Source: an uncultured virus (IMG/VR IMGVR_UViG_3300032132_000750) | Taxonomy: Duplodnaviria > Heunggongvirae > Uroviricota > Caudoviricetes | IMG/VR virus record: IMGVR_UViG_3300032132_000750 | Direction: 5' to 3' (one strand) | DNA length: 64,000 nt | Translations under genes and position numbers: made by a program | The notes under the pieces: generated by a model | What the model was told of the DNA's origin: nothing | The model's database searches: none | Seen by the model: only the letters and a program-made list of their open reading frames with translations | Shown here: positions 21,453 through 31,509 of the stretch, piece after piece | Numbering within the stretch: the stretch's first letter is position 1 | Layout: the number at the start of each line of letters is the position of its first letter

Positions 21453-21690
21453 TGGATGATCTTCGGATCGGAGCTAGGTAAGGAGTACTCCGATGCGGAT
21501 GACGTGCAAGCGTCGTCTTCTTAGTTGCTAGGTAAATTGCGGTTAGGCAGTCTGCTGGTTTACCAGCCGATGTTACGACCTTTCACGTAGAATTATCACC
21601 GGCTAAGGACTACTTAGGTAGAGCGTAGGTTGCGCCTGTTTCTAGGCTCGGTTGGTGGAAACGCCAATCGGGCTTAGGGCAGTGAAGAGT
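21453..21690 (+). ncRNA. Candidate structured RNA (~240 nt intergenic)
   Basis: GATC-TTCG-GATC, GATGACG/CGTCGTC, GCTGG-TTTA-CCAGC and a ~21-bp G:U-rich stem capped by GAAA (21636-21682). Confidence 0.55.
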
Positions 21691-21693
21691 ACC

Positions 21694-22131
21694 ATGACAA
21701 AAACCACCCAAGACCGTATTTATGAGCAACTCAATGTTTGGCTCGATGACGGATTTGATGTTCACGCTGTCTTGAATCAAGTAATGACGATTCGTCGGGG
21801 CGAGGCAGAAGTTGCTGCTCGCAATAAAGAGTGGGCCGTAAACAGTAAATACATCTTTGGGGTCAAAACGGCTGATGAGTGCCTTGACCATAACTGGACA
21901 GGTTTTTGTATCAGCATCGTCAAGAAAGAATTCTGGAAGACGAATCGTCACATTGAGGACGTATATCTTCGAGATGTTCACCTGCCTAATGAGTTTGGTC
22001 AAACAGGTCGTGGTAATTACGACCATAGTGACGAAAACGTCTCTCGCAGAGACGTTATTCGCACTTTAACGGGCTTAGGCTTTCAGCATTCAATTGATCT
22101 CCAAAACTGGATGAAACAGCACGATCCTTGA
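21694..22131 (+). CDS. Hypothetical protein
   Basis: ATG after the structured region. Confidence 0.65.
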   Translation: MTKTTQDRIYEQLNVWLDDGFDVHAVLNQVMTIRRGEAEVAARNKEWAVNSKYIFGVKTADECLDHNWTGFCISIVKKEFWKTNRHIEDVYLRDVHLPNEFGQTGRGNYDHSDENVSRRDVIRTLTGLGFQHSIDLQNWMKQHDP

Positions 22132-22288
22132 TCCCAACAAACCAGACTACCACTTAGCCTGGCTATTGCCAGGAGCGCCTTTTGGGGTATAAAGGTAGGA
22201 TACGCCTGCCCGACCACTCTTTCATCATTTCAAACCTAATCGCTGAAGACAGCGTTTACTAACGCGGAAAAATTCCAAGGATAACTAC

Positions 22289-22765
22289 ATGGCGAAGCCT
22301 CGTAAGGCTGTTCGTAGGGTCGTGCGTAAAACCATGACCCCGACCCCTCCACCACAGACACGCACTCAGAGCCCAATCAGTGCGGTTGGCGAGCAACAAG
22401 TTCCGCCCGCAGTTCCTTCGGGAGTTACTGTGCGCTTGGATAGTGCAGAGGACGCGGAATTCCGTTACGTAGGTAACAACCGTGTCGAGATTCAGCGCCG
22501 GTTCCCCTCTGACGTAGCAAAAACCATCATCGCTGAGAAGCTGGAGACGCGGTCGCAAACTTACTTGCCCGATGCCTCTCGAAAGGTTCATCAGTGGCAT
22601 GACAAGCGTGTAGCTGGCGTAATGAAGGCTTGGGACGCAATGGACGCAGCACTCAATCCCACCGGAAACTACGAAGTTCATGCGATCAGCTTCATCCGAG
22701 ACACGGATAAGCCTGTCACTGACGACAACATCGGCTGGTTCATTAGCTGGAACACTCCCATCTAA
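22289..22765 (+). CDS. Hypothetical protein
   Basis: AAGGA RBS; upstream TTGCCA-16-TATAAA. Confidence 0.7.
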   Translation: MAKPRKAVRRVVRKTMTPTPPPQTRTQSPISAVGEQQVPPAVPSGVTVRLDSAEDAEFRYVGNNRVEIQRRFPSDVAKTIIAEKLETRSQTYLPDASRKVHQWHDKRVAGVMKAWDAMDAALNPTGNYEVHAISFIRDTDKPVTDDNIGWFISWNTPI

Positions 22766-23121
22766 TGGGTGAAGAAGCTAGTCCTAATCTTTATCATGCA
22801 CTGATCGCGTTTGCAGTTGCGCTGGGTGTTGCGGCTTTTATGTACGCAGCTAGCAGTAGTGATAGGGCTAGGTATTCTTCTCCTGAATATTGGCACTACA
22901 AGCATCATTGGGGTGTCTCAACCCCAGACAAGTGCGATGATAGCTGTAGGTTCGTTAAAAAGTCGAAAAATGAAGAAGACTGAGGAACAAATACGGGCAG
23001 CATTGTTGTCCGCAAGAAAAAAGAGACGGGAGCTTCCTAAAGATTCCCCGGACAGGCGTGTTCTTGCATCCGTAATTGTTATTCTCGAAGACGCAGTGAC
23101 CCGCATCCGTAAAGGTGAGTA

Positions 23122-23601
23122 GTGCCACACAACCCCGAAAAAATCCACGATGCCACTAAAGGCAATCCGCTAAAGCAGATCATCGTCATTCGTCGTGATC
23201 TGAAAATGCGTCGAGGTAAAGAGGTTGCCCAAGGTGCTCATGCTTCAATGAAGTGGCTCACTAAGAGGTTTAATCCTCTTGTTGAAGATCTTTTGCGTGA
23301 TCAATCCTTGCTGCGGCGTATTCTGTTGTTTCCGAGGATGTTGCGAGTCCTTAGCACTTTCAGCCCTAATGAGCTTGCTTGGATGAAAGCTCATTTCAAG
23401 AAGGTAACTGTTGTCGTTAAGAGCGAAGAAGAGTTGCTGGAAACCTATCACAAAGCGATAGAAGCGGGTCTAGAGGCACAGCTAGTTCAAGACAGCGGGA
23501 AAACTGAGTTTGGTGGGGTTCCGACCTATACTGCTTGCGGTATAGGTCCCGACCATGCGGACAAGATTAATCCAATCACAGGACATCTAAAGCTTTACTG
23601 A
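23122..23601 (+). CDS. pth2: Peptidyl-tRNA hydrolase, Pth2 type
   Basis: KQIIVIRRDLKMRRGKEVAQGAHAS, KKVTV, VQDSGKTEF, TACGIGP, ITGHLKLY. Confidence 0.93.
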   Translation: MPHNPEKIHDATKGNPLKQIIVIRRDLKMRRGKEVAQGAHASMKWLTKRFNPLVEDLLRDQSLLRRILLFPRMLRVLSTFSPNELAWMKAHFKKVTVVVKSEEELLETYHKAIEAGLEAQLVQDSGKTEFGGVPTYTACGIGPDHADKINPITGHLKLY

Positions 23602-23786
23602 TGGATATAGAAAAGCTTAAAGCACATCTAGATGTGAAGCTAAAAGAGCTTGAAAAGATAGGCTATCCTGCTGATGAGGCACAGCAAGAAAGCTGGGTGG
23701 AATGTGGTTCCAGTGATTGTCTTGCCTGGGGTAGTGGACAAGGCACTTATGAAGCTTACAAAGAAATACGAGATTTGTTGTAGCCC

Positions 23787-24599
23787 ATGAAACACGATAT
23801 TGTAACTGCTTCGCAGACGCAAGATATCGAAGAGTTCATGCAATTTGTCTTTCCTTCTGCGTGGAAAGGTATTGCGGCAAGGATTCTGGAGACGGGGGCT
23901 ACCTTTGCTGATGGGATGTGCAAATGGGCTCCTCGTTGGAGTAAAATTCCTCAGACAAAGCGCCGAGGGGAAAACAAAGTAGAAGATGCCTTTAAAAGCA
24001 TTATTTTCCGCGTTCATGACTGCATTCATCAGTTGTGGGGTCTACCTCATCCGACAAATTTCAGCGAAGATGAGTTTCACTACTACAAACGGACTCAAAT
24101 GTGTGGTGAGGTTGCTGTCCTCACCCTAACTGAATTTTTGTTTGTTTCTCATCTGTTTTCCAGTTACCCCCGCCAGCGAGATTTGCTCTGGAATCGCAAC
24201 GCTTTACCTCTGATGGGTAAAGATGGGCCACTCGCGGGTAAGTCAACTGTACAAGTTGCCATGCGACTTGATGATTTGCTTCATAAAAAGAGCCGCCCTA
24301 AGTGGGTTAGGGATAATAAACACGCAATAGCATTTGTTGATGATTACGTTCCGATGCTGGAAAAGGATCGAGAACAAATCGACCACAACTGGGCTGCAAT
24401 GCAAGCTGCAAACTGGTTTCCCACCAATGCGCCGAAAGCTCGTTTTGGTCGTCATCTCGATGGTCTGGAACTAACTATCTGGATGATTGAGGACTTTCTT
24501 CATCTTATGTCTACTGATCCGACAGTAGATACTGCTCTGATGGAGTTTAATAGAGAACGTCGTTCGAAAATCGTTCTGCCCCAAGGTTGGGATTCCTGA
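23787..24599 (+). CDS. Hypothetical protein (270 aa)
   Basis: Long ORF; HDxxH motif may bind metal. Confidence 0.75.
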   Translation: MKHDIVTASQTQDIEEFMQFVFPSAWKGIAARILETGATFADGMCKWAPRWSKIPQTKRRGENKVEDAFKSIIFRVHDCIHQLWGLPHPTNFSEDEFHYYKRTQMCGEVAVLTLTEFLFVSHLFSSYPRQRDLLWNRNALPLMGKDGPLAGKSTVQVAMRLDDLLHKKSRPKWVRDNKHAIAFVDDYVPMLEKDREQIDHNWAAMQAANWFPTNAPKARFGRHLDGLELTIWMIEDFLHLMSTDPTVDTALMEFNRERRSKIVLPQGWDS

Positions 24600-25129
24600 T
24601 GTTTTGCGACCTCAATCAAGCTATTGTTTCAGGAGAAATCCCTGAATGTGCTATTGTGGCAGTCGGTGGATTTCCTGTTCGACGAGTAGAAAGCCAATGT
24701 TATTGGTCCATCTTTAACAAGCCCCTTGTCTCATTAAGTGATATCGAAGATTATTTTCTAGAAGCACTTGGGCTGGGTGCAGTCCTAACCTTTAAAAACC
24801 CAAACAACAAGTCTCTTAGAGAACTAGGAAAAGTGTGTCTGGGTCTCGGTCATGGATGGACGCTCCATACTCTGACTTTGACGGTTCTTTTTCACGAAGT
24901 ACCTGTTGCTGTTCGTAATGCCTTTGCCTTTGATCGACGTTTTCATCTTTCATGGGTGCATAACGAACAATCTACTGAGAAAGTAACCTTCACTGCTACG
25001 GGCTCTCTTAAAGAGTGGAAAAAAATCGGTCAACGCGCTACGGACAAAAGTTTTCATAAAGCTCAGCGTGATTGGTTTTTAACAGCTTACGACCTCATTA
25101 CACCAACTTTCCCATCATATTTTCAATAG
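24599..25129 (+). CDS. Hypothetical protein, possibly degenerate ThyX-like fold
   Basis: GHGWTLH...V.F...(DRR in place of RHR)...TATGSLKEW echoes the ThyX layout without the catalytic RHR/S motif. Confidence 0.35.
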   Translation: MFCDLNQAIVSGEIPECAIVAVGGFPVRRVESQCYWSIFNKPLVSLSDIEDYFLEALGLGAVLTFKNPNNKSLRELGKVCLGLGHGWTLHTLTLTVLFHEVPVAVRNAFAFDRRFHLSWVHNEQSTEKVTFTATGSLKEWKKIGQRATDKSFHKAQRDWFLTAYDLITPTFPSYFQ

Positions 25130-25677
25130 CTCGCTCTTGGCGAGCTGCTTTACATCATACTGAGTATAACCATAATGACGACTACAGATAGAGATCGTTT
25201 TGCTGCTTTGCTGGAAGGATGGAAGCAAACCTCAGACGCAATAGATGCACTGAAAGAAAAACAAAACACTCTTGCAGAGGATCTGAATAAGGTTTACGCA
25301 AAGGTTATTACTGAGGAGCAATTACTTGCAGCCCTTCCTTGGGAGTTCTCTCTGGCTTGGAATGGGGGCTCTAGTCTCAAATGCAGACGTAATGATATAG
25401 ATGATTTTCTTAGTGTCTTTAATTGGGATGATCATCAGAGTTTTTATCATCATCAAATTAACATCGGTGACCATTTCATTAATATAGATGATGGGGAAGT
25501 TAGCATCTATCTTAAGGATGTTAACGCCATGATTTCGTTTTGTCACGAACAGGGCATAAAGCCAGATATGGCAGCCATACAAAAACAACTTGATGATGCA
25601 CAACGAGAAGCAAATCGTTATAAGAAGCTCATCAAGGATTTAACCCCCACGGAACCTCTTTAAAATTTGCAGGACCA

Positions 25678-26133
25678 ATGATCGTCGTTTTTAGTATTGT
25701 TTCGATACTAGTATTTATTGCAGTCGTCTACTTCTTTGATGTAACTGTCCGAGAATGGATGGCAGCAAGCAAAGCACGTAAAAGAGCTACTGCTCTTAAT
25801 AAACCGCTTCTCAATATCGGAGCCGGAACTACGGGATCTTGCTTAACTGGACCCAAGCTTCGCGGAGACGTAAACTGCGATCTTGCTGCTCCTAGGCATA
25901 TTGCTCACGGCCCGCATGAAGTGAGCTACTGAAACGCTGAAGATTTGTCCCAGTTTGGTGACAAAGAATTCGGTGTAGCCCTCATTATCAATACATTGGG
26001 CTATGTTCCAGATAAAAAGAAAGCTCTAGAGGAAATGCATCGAGTAGCTGACGAGGTTATCGTTTCTACGCATCTTCTTCCCTGGGCACAATGGGGGCCA
26101 GGCCCACTATTCCCCAAGCGAGCAACTCGATGA
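25678..26133 (+). CDS. Class I SAM-methyltransferase-like protein interrupted by in-frame TGA (25930-25932); readthrough/Sec candidate or pseudogene
   Basis: LLNIGAG (motif I), DVNCDL, then Y*NAEDLSQFGDKEFG...NTLGYV...KALEEMHRVA continuing in the same frame. Confidence 0.65.
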
Positions 26134-26301
26134 CATCCGAAAGTGCAGCGCCAGTACCTAGTTTACCTTTTGATGCGGTTTCTTCTGTCGGAGGAATAAC
26201 TACTCGCTACGAGTGTGGGTGTTGGGAGAACCTATCACCCAAAGGGAATAGCGTTGTCGGGTATGGGTTTTGTGACGATCACCGACTGCGGAAGCAATCC
26301 G

Positions 26302-26943
26302 ATGCGCTATCCATTTAAAAGCAATCTCCGAAAGCCTAAAACTTACTCCCAGCCCAAGAAAATTGCCATCATGCTGGGGGTATCTTTTGCAATCGCCTTA
26401 GTAAGCTGGTATGGCTACGGATATTTTGGGACGGAGTATCAAACTGGTAAAGTTATCGTATGTCGATGGGCTTGGCACATTGATGTAGAGCGCTGGGATC
26501 GTAAACATTACGATAGGGCGGGTAGAAAACATCCGTCTTCTTGCCGTGACCCAAGTTTTTGTGGGGGAACATACAACTCCCGCTCTTGGACTGAATACGA
26601 TGATGACGATGACTTTGGGTCTACATATTATGAGTATGATCATGATGAGTGGGTTTGGCATCGGACATTCTCGCTTACAGGAACAGATAAAGAGCCGCAT
26701 CCTCCTGAGTATGTTCTAGAACGTCCGCAGACAGCAGCAAGAACTCAGCATCAATGCCAAATGAGTGATACTCGCCGCCCCTACACGGTTCTTATCGAAT
26801 GCAGTGATGGTAAAGGCAGAGTATGGACTACAACTAACTTTAACATCTGGAAAACCTGGACTAAAGGCGATCTATGTGATGTTAACCTTACGGGATTCGG
26901 AGATGTACGTAGCATCTCCCCACTGAAAATAGAAATCGAGTAA
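26302..26943 (+). CDS. Membrane-anchored hypothetical protein
   Basis: One N-proximal TM helix followed by a soluble domain. Confidence 0.7.
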   Translation: MRYPFKSNLRKPKTYSQPKKIAIMLGVSFAIALVSWYGYGYFGTEYQTGKVIVCRWAWHIDVERWDRKHYDRAGRKHPSSCRDPSFCGGTYNSRSWTEYDDDDDFGSTYYEYDHDEWVWHRTFSLTGTDKEPHPPEYVLERPQTAARTQHQCQMSDTRRPYTVLIECSDGKGRVWTTTNFNIWKTWTKGDLCDVNLTGFGDVRSISPLKIEIE

Positions 26944-26951
26944 TTTAGCGC

Positions 26952-27407
26952 GTGATTTTGGCTCTTATTACAGGTTTTGATCTGTTAATATGGACTTGTG
27001 GTATCTTTACTCTTTTATGTATTGTGTACTTCGCACCTCGATGGATGAAATACATCGAGGTAATCCAGCAAAAAGCTAAAGAATCTATTGGAAATCTTTC
27101 GCTCAGACATCAACGCCAACTTGATGAAGCTGTTGAAGACATACGTGAACGAGAGATGCTGTATCAAGCAGGTTTTCTTCTGGAGCCTAAAAAGAAGAAA
27201 AAGGTAAAGCTCAAAGAAAAGCTGACAATATCACTCTTCAAAAAGCAAGAGCTTATCTGCCCTCTCTGTAAAGACTCCATGAAGGAAACAGTTGCTCGAA
27301 AATGTGATGGCTGTGGTGCGGGATTTCACCAGGAATGTCTTGATGAGATGGGGAGCCGATGTACTACTGTCGGATGCAGAAAGCCCCTAAGAAGAATATA
27401 TGCCTAA
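26952..27407 (+). CDS. Membrane protein with C-terminal prokaryotic RING finger (Prok-RING_1-like)
   Basis: CPLC...CDGC...FHQEC...CTTVGC after an N-terminal TM helix. Confidence 0.7.
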   Translation: MILALITGFDLLIWTCGIFTLLCIVYFAPRWMKYIEVIQQKAKESIGNLSLRHQRQLDEAVEDIREREMLYQAGFLLEPKKKKKVKLKEKLTISLFKKQELICPLCKDSMKETVARKCDGCGAGFHQECLDEMGSRCTTVGCRKPLRRIYA

Positions 27408-27720
27408 ACCCACCGTAAATCTTCTCTTTATTTGTAGCCGCAATAAGTGGCGTAGTAAGACCGCAGAAAAAATCTTTTACGGTCGTCCAGGGTTTTCTGT
27501 GCGATCTGCCGGAACTGCCGCTAGCGCACAGACTAAAGTCAGCCAAGATCTATTAGATTGGGCTGACACCGTTTACGTTATGGAGCAAAAACACGCTGCT
27601 ATTCTTAGGCAGAGGTTCAATTATCGTGAATCTATTTGTTTAGATATTCCCGATGAGTATGAATTTATGGATCCAGAACTCGTTGAATTGCTAAGTGGGA
27701 TATTGGAAAGCGATGACTGA
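27400..27720 (+). CDS. Low-molecular-weight protein tyrosine phosphatase-like protein
   Basis: LLFICSRNKWRS P-loop, VRSAGT, WAD, LDIPDEY. Confidence 0.9.
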   Translation: MPKPTVNLLFICSRNKWRSKTAEKIFYGRPGFSVRSAGTAASAQTKVSQDLLDWADTVYVMEQKHAAILRQRFNYRESICLDIPDEYEFMDPELVELLSGILESDD

Positions 27721-27935
27721 AAAGCAAAGCCATCCGTGCGTAATTATGTGTTCCACTTGGCTAGTCTCTATGCTAGTTATTGCCGGGGCACTTGCTTTGT
27801 ATTTGGCGGATTGGGGAGACGTAATGCCAGAAAAAATAACAACCAAGCATATAGTTATAGGATCAGCCCTAGTAGAACTAGGGCTGATTGCACTGTTAAT
27901 CTATTCTTTGAGGATAAAAATCCTACCCGATAAAA

Positions 27936-28394
27936 CTACTTATTGAACCAATAACCGAGATTACCAGCTAGGTTACCCGGACGACGGGCTCCAGAAAACT
28001 CAGAGGTAATTTCTCCACGCCTTCTTTCTTTGTTGTACTCAGCATCACGCATGGCTTGAATGTTTCTGAACATATCCTGATAACCGGCGGCCCTGGCTTG
28101 TGTTGCCATACTAGCTCCGGGTGCTGCCTGTGAGGGCATATCATCCATCTCAGGGCTACTCAAATCAATCTTGTGATAAAGATGTTGATATATTCCTGAA
28201 TTTTTCTTGTCGCCCATGTAGCTGTAACGCCCCATTGAACCTGTGGCACCGTTGAAACCGGCACCGTTATTACTATTGATATAGCCCATAGTCGCCTCCT
28301 CTTTGACGTAAAACTCTGCAGTCGGATCATCTGTTTCCGTTTTTGCTACCTGGCGTTTCAGAACCGAATAAAGTGGCGAATAAAGATGTTTCAT
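27936..28394 (-). CDS. Gly/aromatic-rich protein with RPG-tag variant at the C-terminus
   Basis: Ends FSGARRPGNLAGNLGYWFNK; start either 28394 (TATACT-6 nt-ATG) or 28289 (AGGAGG RBS). Confidence 0.65.
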   Translation of the reverse strand: MKHLYSPLYSVLKRQVAKTETDDPTAEFYVKEEATMGYINSNNGAGFNGATGSMGRYSYMGDKKNSGIYQHLYHKIDLSSPEMDDMPSQAAPGASMATQARAAGYQDMFRNIQAMRDAEYNKERRRGEITSEFSGARRPGNLAGNLGYWFNK

Positions 28395-28411
28395 ATACCG
28401 AGTATAGCATA

Positions 28412-29107
28412 ATGAACCCAAAAGCTTATCTTTTAACTGAAGACGATTTACTAATGCTGTCTGAAAAGGCTAATATACCTATTGATGAGCTTTTAAATGA
28501 GGTTACAAGTTCAGGATCAAAAGACCGAGTTGCGCGAGCGTTGGACATTCTAGATCTCTTTTTTGATAAACCTTTAATGTTCACCGGAAGTAAAGATCCA
28601 GAAAACCTTATCTGGCATTGCATTAATCTTGTAGAAAACTTGGCTCACGCAGCTAGGGGTTTTGGTTTTATTACTTTCTGCTGCTACCGAGAAGCTATGG
28701 GTGCTCGTGGGCCTCATAAGCTAGCAAAAGGAAAATCCTACGAAGAAATTGTAGTAGCCCTAAAAGAGGTATATGATCGCTATCTTCCTTGGTTCTGGAA
28801 TCATCTTTATTATTTTAGTTTTGAAACAGAATATACTGAGGATGATAATCCTAGCGATCTGCGCTGTAAAAGTATAGAACGCCTTCACGCCTTCATTTTG
28901 AAGGAGGCTAGAAAACACAAGTGTCCTGTAGAGATTGAGGAGAACCTTATTCTTTATAGTGGGCCTTTCTGGCGAGGAGGTAAGCCCCCCAAAAGGCTTC
29001 GCATTTACGTAATGAAACAAAAGCCGACCGGAAAACCGGCTACATATCGAGTTTTTAAACCAACAGCTCAGGCGAAAGGGTCTGAGCCAACAAAGAGGAT
29101 CACATGA
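28412..29107 (+). CDS. Hypothetical protein
   Basis: Long ORF divergent from the previous gene. Confidence 0.65.
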   Translation: MNPKAYLLTEDDLLMLSEKANIPIDELLNEVTSSGSKDRVARALDILDLFFDKPLMFTGSKDPENLIWHCINLVENLAHAARGFGFITFCCYREAMGARGPHKLAKGKSYEEIVVALKEVYDRYLPWFWNHLYYFSFETEYTEDDNPSDLRCKSIERLHAFILKEARKHKCPVEIEENLILYSGPFWRGGKPPKRLRIYVMKQKPTGKPATYRVFKPTAQAKGSEPTKRIT

Positions 29108-29538
29108 TTCTTCGCACACTGAATCGTCAAACACCTAATACCACGAATCACACCAAAAAGTGTCTTCACCCTGATGTTAATGGTTACCCTTGCGGGGGAG
29201 GCACCCGTGAAGGAAAGCCTTATTGTCCAGAGCATGTTGATGAGCATGACTACGTCAAAGACATCCTCCAAATCCTAGCTGACCAAGAAGAGGAACATAA
29301 AAATATCTCTAAAAGAGGTATACGAGCCATCAAAGATGGGAGTCTCACGGTCACGGAAATAGGAAAGCTTCTAGCCAACAGAGGCGTTACCACGGTCAAC
29401 CGTGTTTCGCGTGAGATGAACCTTGACTTGGAGACAACTAAGGTATATGCTAGATATCTTGTCAAAAAGGATCTAGTTATTTCCGGCAAAACAAATAGAG
29501 GAAATGAAACTTTGGCTTTGCCGCGAAAGCCGAACTAG
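29104..29538 (+). CDS. Zn-binding plus winged-HTH-like protein
   Basis: C..C..YCPEH then TVNRVSREMNLDLETTKVYARYLVKKDLV. Confidence 0.5.
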   Translation: MILRTLNRQTPNTTNHTKKCLHPDVNGYPCGGGTREGKPYCPEHVDEHDYVKDILQILADQEEEHKNISKRGIRAIKDGSLTVTEIGKLLANRGVTTVNRVSREMNLDLETTKVYARYLVKKDLVISGKTNRGNETLALPRKPN

Positions 29539-29555
29539 TTTTTGTATAATGGGGT

Positions 29556-30050
29556 ATGCAAAGACCCGGTTATTTAGGCAGCTTAGACGACTTCTGGTTC
29601 GGTGAACTAGGAAACGGCAAAGGCAGCAAAAACAAAAAGAGAAAACATCCCGGCAAACACGGCAAGGGCAAAAGTAGAAAGCATCCTGGGCAAAAAGGCA
29701 AGAAACACGGCCACAAAGGTAACAAAGCCAAGAAAAAGCGTAAAAAGAAGCGTAAAGAAGACTTTAAAAGAGAAATGAAGCTAGTAAAAAATGCTGGAGA
29801 TACTCTTACAAAGATCCTTTCAAAGCCTATCACCAGAGAAGAAGTTGGTCCAATACTTCAAGCTCAACTAGAGGTGAGTATAGAAGCCTTGCAACAACGT
29901 AGAGCTAAGCCTCAGCTAATCAATAAAACGCGGGCTTCTTTGCGAGCATTGAGTAGAAACCTTCGAAAGCAATATCGTGCTTATCCAATAGACGCGGAAT
30001 TCCTCCCACCCAACCTTTTAGGTGTTGCTGTCCAAAAAGGTTTAATCTAG
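29556..30050 (+). CDS. RPGYLG-tag family protein, very basic (Lys/His/Gly repeats)
   Basis: MQRPGYLGSLDDFWFGELG then KHPGKHGKGKSRKHPGQKGKKHGHKG; TATAAT 5 nt before ATG. Confidence 0.8.
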   Translation: MQRPGYLGSLDDFWFGELGNGKGSKNKKRKHPGKHGKGKSRKHPGQKGKKHGHKGNKAKKKRKKKRKEDFKREMKLVKNAGDTLTKILSKPITREEVGPILQAQLEVSIEALQQRRAKPQLINKTRASLRALSRNLRKQYRAYPIDAEFLPPNLLGVAVQKGLI

Positions 30051-30220
30051 TCCCTAACAGACGGAATAATCATGCAATTTGAGTGGTTTTGCAAAGTTCT
30101 TGCGGAATTTAGTGCGGAACGCCAAGAAGCGTTTGATAATGCTTGGTCAGAGGGCGATGTTGCTAGTATGACTGCTCTTATTGATGAACACACCGAATCT
30201 AAAAACCCTAAGAGTCCTGT

Positions 30221-30637
30221 ATGAAATGTTGGCCGTTGTTGCTGTGTCTTCTTTTTTGCGGGTGTCCAAGTAATAGCAAGACTAAAGTCGTTGCTAAGGT
30301 TATTGCGGAAAAAACCCTATCTTGGGAAAAAATCGAACACCCCTATAAATTTACAATCTATCGAACTAAAACTCCTAGTGGATGGTTGGTAACCTTCGAA
30401 AGATATAGCGAGAACGCTTTCAACCTTCAAATTGATGATCCGACACATAGTTGGATTCCTGGTTCCTGGGAACCGCTCACACATCCGAAAAGCATGAATA
30501 TGTATCGGATGAAGGTTCCTGCTGGATGGATTCTTACATCTGAACGATCTACAACCGTAGCACAAGCCGAATTCATCTTCGATGCAGCAGTTAAAGATAA
30601 CAAACTACTACCTAATACCCAGGACTGGGCAAAATGA
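30221..30637 (+). CDS. Putative lipoprotein with internal repeat
   Basis: Signal ending LFCGC; YRTKTPSGWLVTFER / YRMKVPAGWILTSER. Confidence 0.65.
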   Translation: MKCWPLLLCLLFCGCPSNSKTKVVAKVIAEKTLSWEKIEHPYKFTIYRTKTPSGWLVTFERYSENAFNLQIDDPTHSWIPGSWEPLTHPKSMNMYRMKVPAGWILTSERSTTVAQAEFIFDAAVKDNKLLPNTQDWAK

Positions 30638-31092
30638 ATAAAGAACTACAAACTCGCGCCTTGCGCGGCGATAAAGAAGCAATGCTGGAACTCCAGAAAG
30701 AGATTGCGGGAACAGGTAAAGAGATCATTGTCATGCAACGATGTCTCCAATCTCATTTTCGCAGTTCTGATGGGAAATCCTGGTTTTTAAGTACAGTCCT
30801 TTGGACTCCTTGGCATCGTGAAGAGCGAGATGATCCGGGTTTCATGGTAGATGAAGAGGGGGGAGTTGCTTTTCGAAATATAAAGATTGAAAAGCAGCTA
30901 ATTACTGTTGATTCTAATCTTTTGGACCCAGAGGAAATACCAAAGCTTCTGGAGAGATGTAGAGTCCAAAGAGAATCTCTTCAAAACTTACACACGCAGC
31001 TTGAAGAAGCTGTGAACTCGGAAAACTACGAGAAGGCTGCTGAACTCCGAGATGAGATCAAAGCCAGACTTGAGTCACAAGTTCAAACGTAG
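30634..31092 (+). CDS. UvrB/UvrC-motif coiled-coil protein
   Basis: LEEAVNSENYEKAAELRDEIK. Confidence 0.8.
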   Translation: MNKELQTRALRGDKEAMLELQKEIAGTGKEIIVMQRCLQSHFRSSDGKSWFLSTVLWTPWHREERDDPGFMVDEEGGVAFRNIKIEKQLITVDSNLLDPEEIPKLLERCRVQRESLQNLHTQLEEAVNSENYEKAAELRDEIKARLESQVQT

Positions 31093-31509
31093 TGATTTCA
31101 GAAATAGCGAAAAAGGCCAGGATTGCTTTAGAGAATTTTCGAGAAGCAGGTCCACAAACCTGGCCTTTAGATATGGAAGGTTTATGCGCTCACGGAGCCT
31201 TAAAAGTCTTCTACATGTTGAAGAAAAAAGGATACAGCCCTAAACTTGTTGTTTGGAATGAGGCCGGAGATTCGGCGGAACTCGGCGGGCACTGTTACGT
31301 AGAATGTGATGGCTTTATTGTCGATATCACAGCTACCCAATTCGGTTTATCCAAAACCATACTTATCACTAATATCAAAGATCGAAAAAACCATGAATTT
31401 TGGGAAAGCCCTACGTTCTCTACAGATGATCCAGAGTCTTTCATAGATCATCTTTTAGGAACTGATTGGGACGTTCACCAAATCCCTCCACTTTATTTTT
31501 AGTGAAAAA

